A stretch of 64,000 nt of DNA from Eukaryota sp. GEM-RC1 (taxonomy: Eukaryota), in NCBI GenBank assembly GCA_040285855.1, contig JAUFOQ010000005.1, positions 2,480,001 through 2,544,000 of the forward strand, read 5' to 3'. How positions within the stretch are numbered: position 1 is the stretch's first letter; the number at the start of each line of letters is the position of its first letter. This document shows, one piece after another, positions 61,647 through 64,000 of this stretch. Under the pieces are notes generated by a model. It had not been told where the DNA came from, did not search any database, and worked only from the letters and a program-made list of their open reading frames with translations. The translations under genes and the position numbers were made by a program.

Positions 61647-62780
61647 ATGCTTCTTGACAGTCTGTCCGAGTTTAAGAAACGCTCAGTAAACGCCTCTGAA
61701 GATACGAAGACCAGAGCTGTCTATACTTACTTCTGGTTAAACAAATCCCAAGAAGAGGTTGCATTCTTCTTTATTGTAAAACAATCTACGATATCCCGTT
61801 GGATCTCCTCCGCTTTTGAGGACAAAGATTCGTATAAGACCTCTGGTAACGTAGGTGTACTCGATTCTGATGATAAATCTTTTATTAAATCTGTTCTTGA
61901 TGCAGATCCTCTTTTGTATCTCAGGGAAATTGTAGGTCTGGTCTCTATTCACAGAAATAAAGACGTTTCGGTTTCAACTATCCAGAGAGCTATAGCTTCG
62001 CTTAATTATACTCGCAAACGATGTGTTGCCCTTGTGAGGAGAACTCGTATACAGCTCATCACAAAATTTGAGTGTATGTGGAACAACCGTGTCGGAATTG
62101 TTATCCAAAGTCAACTTGTGTTTATTGACGAAGTATCGTTTAGAATCGAAGCATATGCACGCACTTATGGATACTCACCGGCAGGGGTGCAAATTGACCG
62201 AGAACTTGGTCAAATGAAACACTTTCAAATAAGTCCCTGTGTGGCTATTGGTATGGATGATTTCATATATTGTGAAGCTCAGTACGGACATTTTGATCGA
62301 AAAGACTTTGTTAACTTTTTATTTGGGCTGATTCAAGGAGGCTATTTGGGTGCTGCTGGAGCAACCCATAGTAAAATTATACTTGATGGATGTCGAATCC
62401 ATATTCATGAGGCTATTTCAGAAGGTTTGAGAAAATGTGGTATCGAGTACTTCGGTTTGCCTCCATATTGCCCTGAGAGCAATCCAATCGAATCATTTTT
62501 CGGCATTTTGAAGATGAAGTTAAGAGATGAGTTTCATTTTCAGGAAAAAGCTAATGTAGATCATCTGGCTTTTGTAAAGCGACTGACGGAGGCCAAAATG
62601 TATTACGATTGCCGGAGATTGTTTGACAAGGCTGGATGGAGGCAATACCGATATTACAGGTCTCCTTATCTCTCAAATGCTGCTCTCTTTAACAGATTGA
62701 AAGATAGTCAAACCTCTAACAGTCGACGATCATTGTTTCAATATAGCATAATTGTAATGACGTTTTATATTTATTACTGA
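61647..62780 (+). CDS. DD34E transposase (Tc1/IS630)
   Basis: HTH (QSTISRW; VSVSTIQR), FIDE, ILDG-x-PPYCPESNPIE with 34 residues between D and E; uninterrupted; start could be ATG 61629. Confidence 0.92.
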   Translation: MLLDSLSEFKKRSVNASEDTKTRAVYTYFWLNKSQEEVAFFFIVKQSTISRWISSAFEDKDSYKTSGNVGVLDSDDKSFIKSVLDADPLLYLREIVGLVSIHRNKDVSVSTIQRAIASLNYTRKRCVALVRRTRIQLITKFECMWNNRVGIVIQSQLVFIDEVSFRIEAYARTYGYSPAGVQIDRELGQMKHFQISPCVAIGMDDFIYCEAQYGHFDRKDFVNFLFGLIQGGYLGAAGATHSKIILDGCRIHIHEAISEGLRKCGIEYFGLPPYCPESNPIESFFGILKMKLRDEFHFQEKANVDHLAFVKRLTEAKMYYDCRRLFDKAGWRQYRYYRSPYLSNAALFNRLKDSQTSNSRRSLFQYSIIVMTFYIYY

Positions 62781-62805
62781 AAAAATTATGAAACAATATC
62801 ACAAT

Positions 62806-63795
62806 CTACTTTGGTGGTGCTCCGTGGGGGACATCATTTTCATTCGATGTCTTCTTCAATTGGGTGAAAGACGTCTTGCAGAGGCGAGTTCTTCTATAGT
62901 GATTGATAGGGGTCATAAAGGGATCCTCCTGTTGCGCAGTAGTAGACATGGATTGCTCTTGTTCAGCCGCGGATAAAACAGATCTAATTTGAGAAGGAAG
63001 CAAGAGGTTAATCGAGTCAAAGTGGCTTGTTAGAAGATCATGGACCTGCGCAATCAACTGCTGATAACTGATTGACAGTCTCTGTGCAATATTTTCTGCA
63101 ACTCGATGAATAAGTTCCTGATCAGTCAAACCGTTACGGTCATCGATTTTCCTCCAAAACAAATCAATCAACTCAGCGGGAATACCAACAGCAGACAACT
63201 GTGGACTCTTTCCATAAAGGTCTGCAAACTTAATCCATGCGTCATCTTCTCCATCCCACGAAGGGTTCTTACTTCGCAGAACTTCTGGGGTAAAAGACCT
63301 GTGTTCCTTCGAGGTCATAAAGGCTTCATATTTTTTCAGGGCTGAAGCAGAGATATTGTATGCTTCTACCTTTACGATAAAAGCAACAGGTGAATCAGGT
63401 GAATCCAGGCAGTTGTTTATCCACCGGTGTAAAACAGTTGTTTTTAGAGATGAGAAATACTCCTTGTTCTTCTTCAAGTAGAATTCGAACTTTGATTCAG
63501 GATGTACATGACATCCTTCTTTGTCTATAGTTGTTGTAAAGTGGCACATGAAAAGTGTTGAGAGAGACGTGAAAGAGCAATCATCAAGATCTTGAAAGTA
63601 TAAAGTAACTGGGTCCATGGTCAGCTTTGAACCAGAATTTTGAGATCGAGCATATACTAGGGAAACTGGAACAGAAGAGGCATTTTCAATGCGTGCAAGT
63701 GATATAGACGTGATGGGTCTTTCAACAGAATCGTCTTCAAAGCCATCATAATTTAAATCCAGAGGCGGAGGCGAAAAGGGTTGCGAATTGGTCAT
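62806..63795 (-). CDS. Transposon-borne hypothetical protein (ORF2)
   Basis: Intact 329-aa ORF convergent with the transposase and inside the TIRs. Confidence 0.75.
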   Translation of the reverse strand: MTNSQPFSPPPLDLNYDGFEDDSVERPITSISLARIENASSVPVSLVYARSQNSGSKLTMDPVTLYFQDLDDCSFTSLSTLFMCHFTTTIDKEGCHVHPESKFEFYLKKNKEYFSSLKTTVLHRWINNCLDSPDSPVAFIVKVEAYNISASALKKYEAFMTSKEHRSFTPEVLRSKNPSWDGEDDAWIKFADLYGKSPQLSAVGIPAELIDLFWRKIDDRNGLTDQELIHRVAENIAQRLSISYQQLIAQVHDLLTSHFDSINLLLPSQIRSVLSAAEQEQSMSTTAQQEDPFMTPINHYRRTRLCKTSFTQLKKTSNENDVPHGAPPK

Positions 63796-64000
63796 TTATT
63801 GTTTGGATATGTGGATATATTGAGAAGGGGAAATTCTTATGGAGAAACAGGAATTATGCGTTTGGAATGAAATTCACTGCACTTTGTACAACATCATTTC
63901 TTTACAATTTTATTACTTTACATTTTTGTGTTTTTAAGTTCCTTATTTATGAATTATAACTGGAAATTAATGATTTCTCTTTATCATTTGTATTATTGAC

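Larger units (their letters stand above)
61530..63879. mobile_element. Two-ORF Tc1/IS630-family DNA transposon, 2350 bp, imperfect TIRs, CA target duplication
   Basis: CAGTG...CACTG ends; boundaries fixed by comparison with the empty paralogous site at about 54702. Confidence 0.85.

Noticed and set aside
62806..63795. ORF2 as Fanzor/TnpB
   Set aside because: No RuvC D-E-D motifs or CxxC zinc finger visible.
1..64000. rRNA, tRNA or telomeric repeats
   Set aside because: None recognised by eye; tRNAscan-SE and Infernal were not run.

Overview
The window has two parts joined at about 30,740. Positions 1-30,739 are a gene-dense, very AT-rich segment with no apparent introns and the gene content of a large eukaryotic DNA virus, most like Nucleocytoviricota. 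No capsid, polB or A32 hallmark gene lies in the window, so the lineage is unresolved. About 35 genes carry a strictly spaced upstream motif (AAAA[A/G]TGA, T-rich spacer, AAATG). The segment encodes ubiquitin-system genes (RING, 2 RBR, Skp1, F-box-like, LRR), PNKP, a Dam-type methylase with an adjacent hidden PD-(D/E)xK endonuclease, NAD+/ADP-ribose enzymes (nicotinamidase, NAPRT fragment, candidate ART, candidate MavL-like macrodomain) and an intact Brr6/Brl1-like nuclear-envelope protein. Many of these genes are broken by 1-bp homopolymer indels, from either sequencing error or decay. Positions 30,740-64,000 are gene-poor, eukaryotic host-like DNA: CRE-clade non-LTR retrotransposons in a 273-bp tandem repeat, relics of pogo/Tigger, hAT and Tc1/IS630 elements, and one apparently intact two-ORF DD34E transposon with a CA target duplication. 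The simplest reading is the end of a giant endogenous viral element integrated in a repeat-rich protist locus; an assembly chimera cannot be excluded. All protein family calls are by-eye motif recognition, not database searches.
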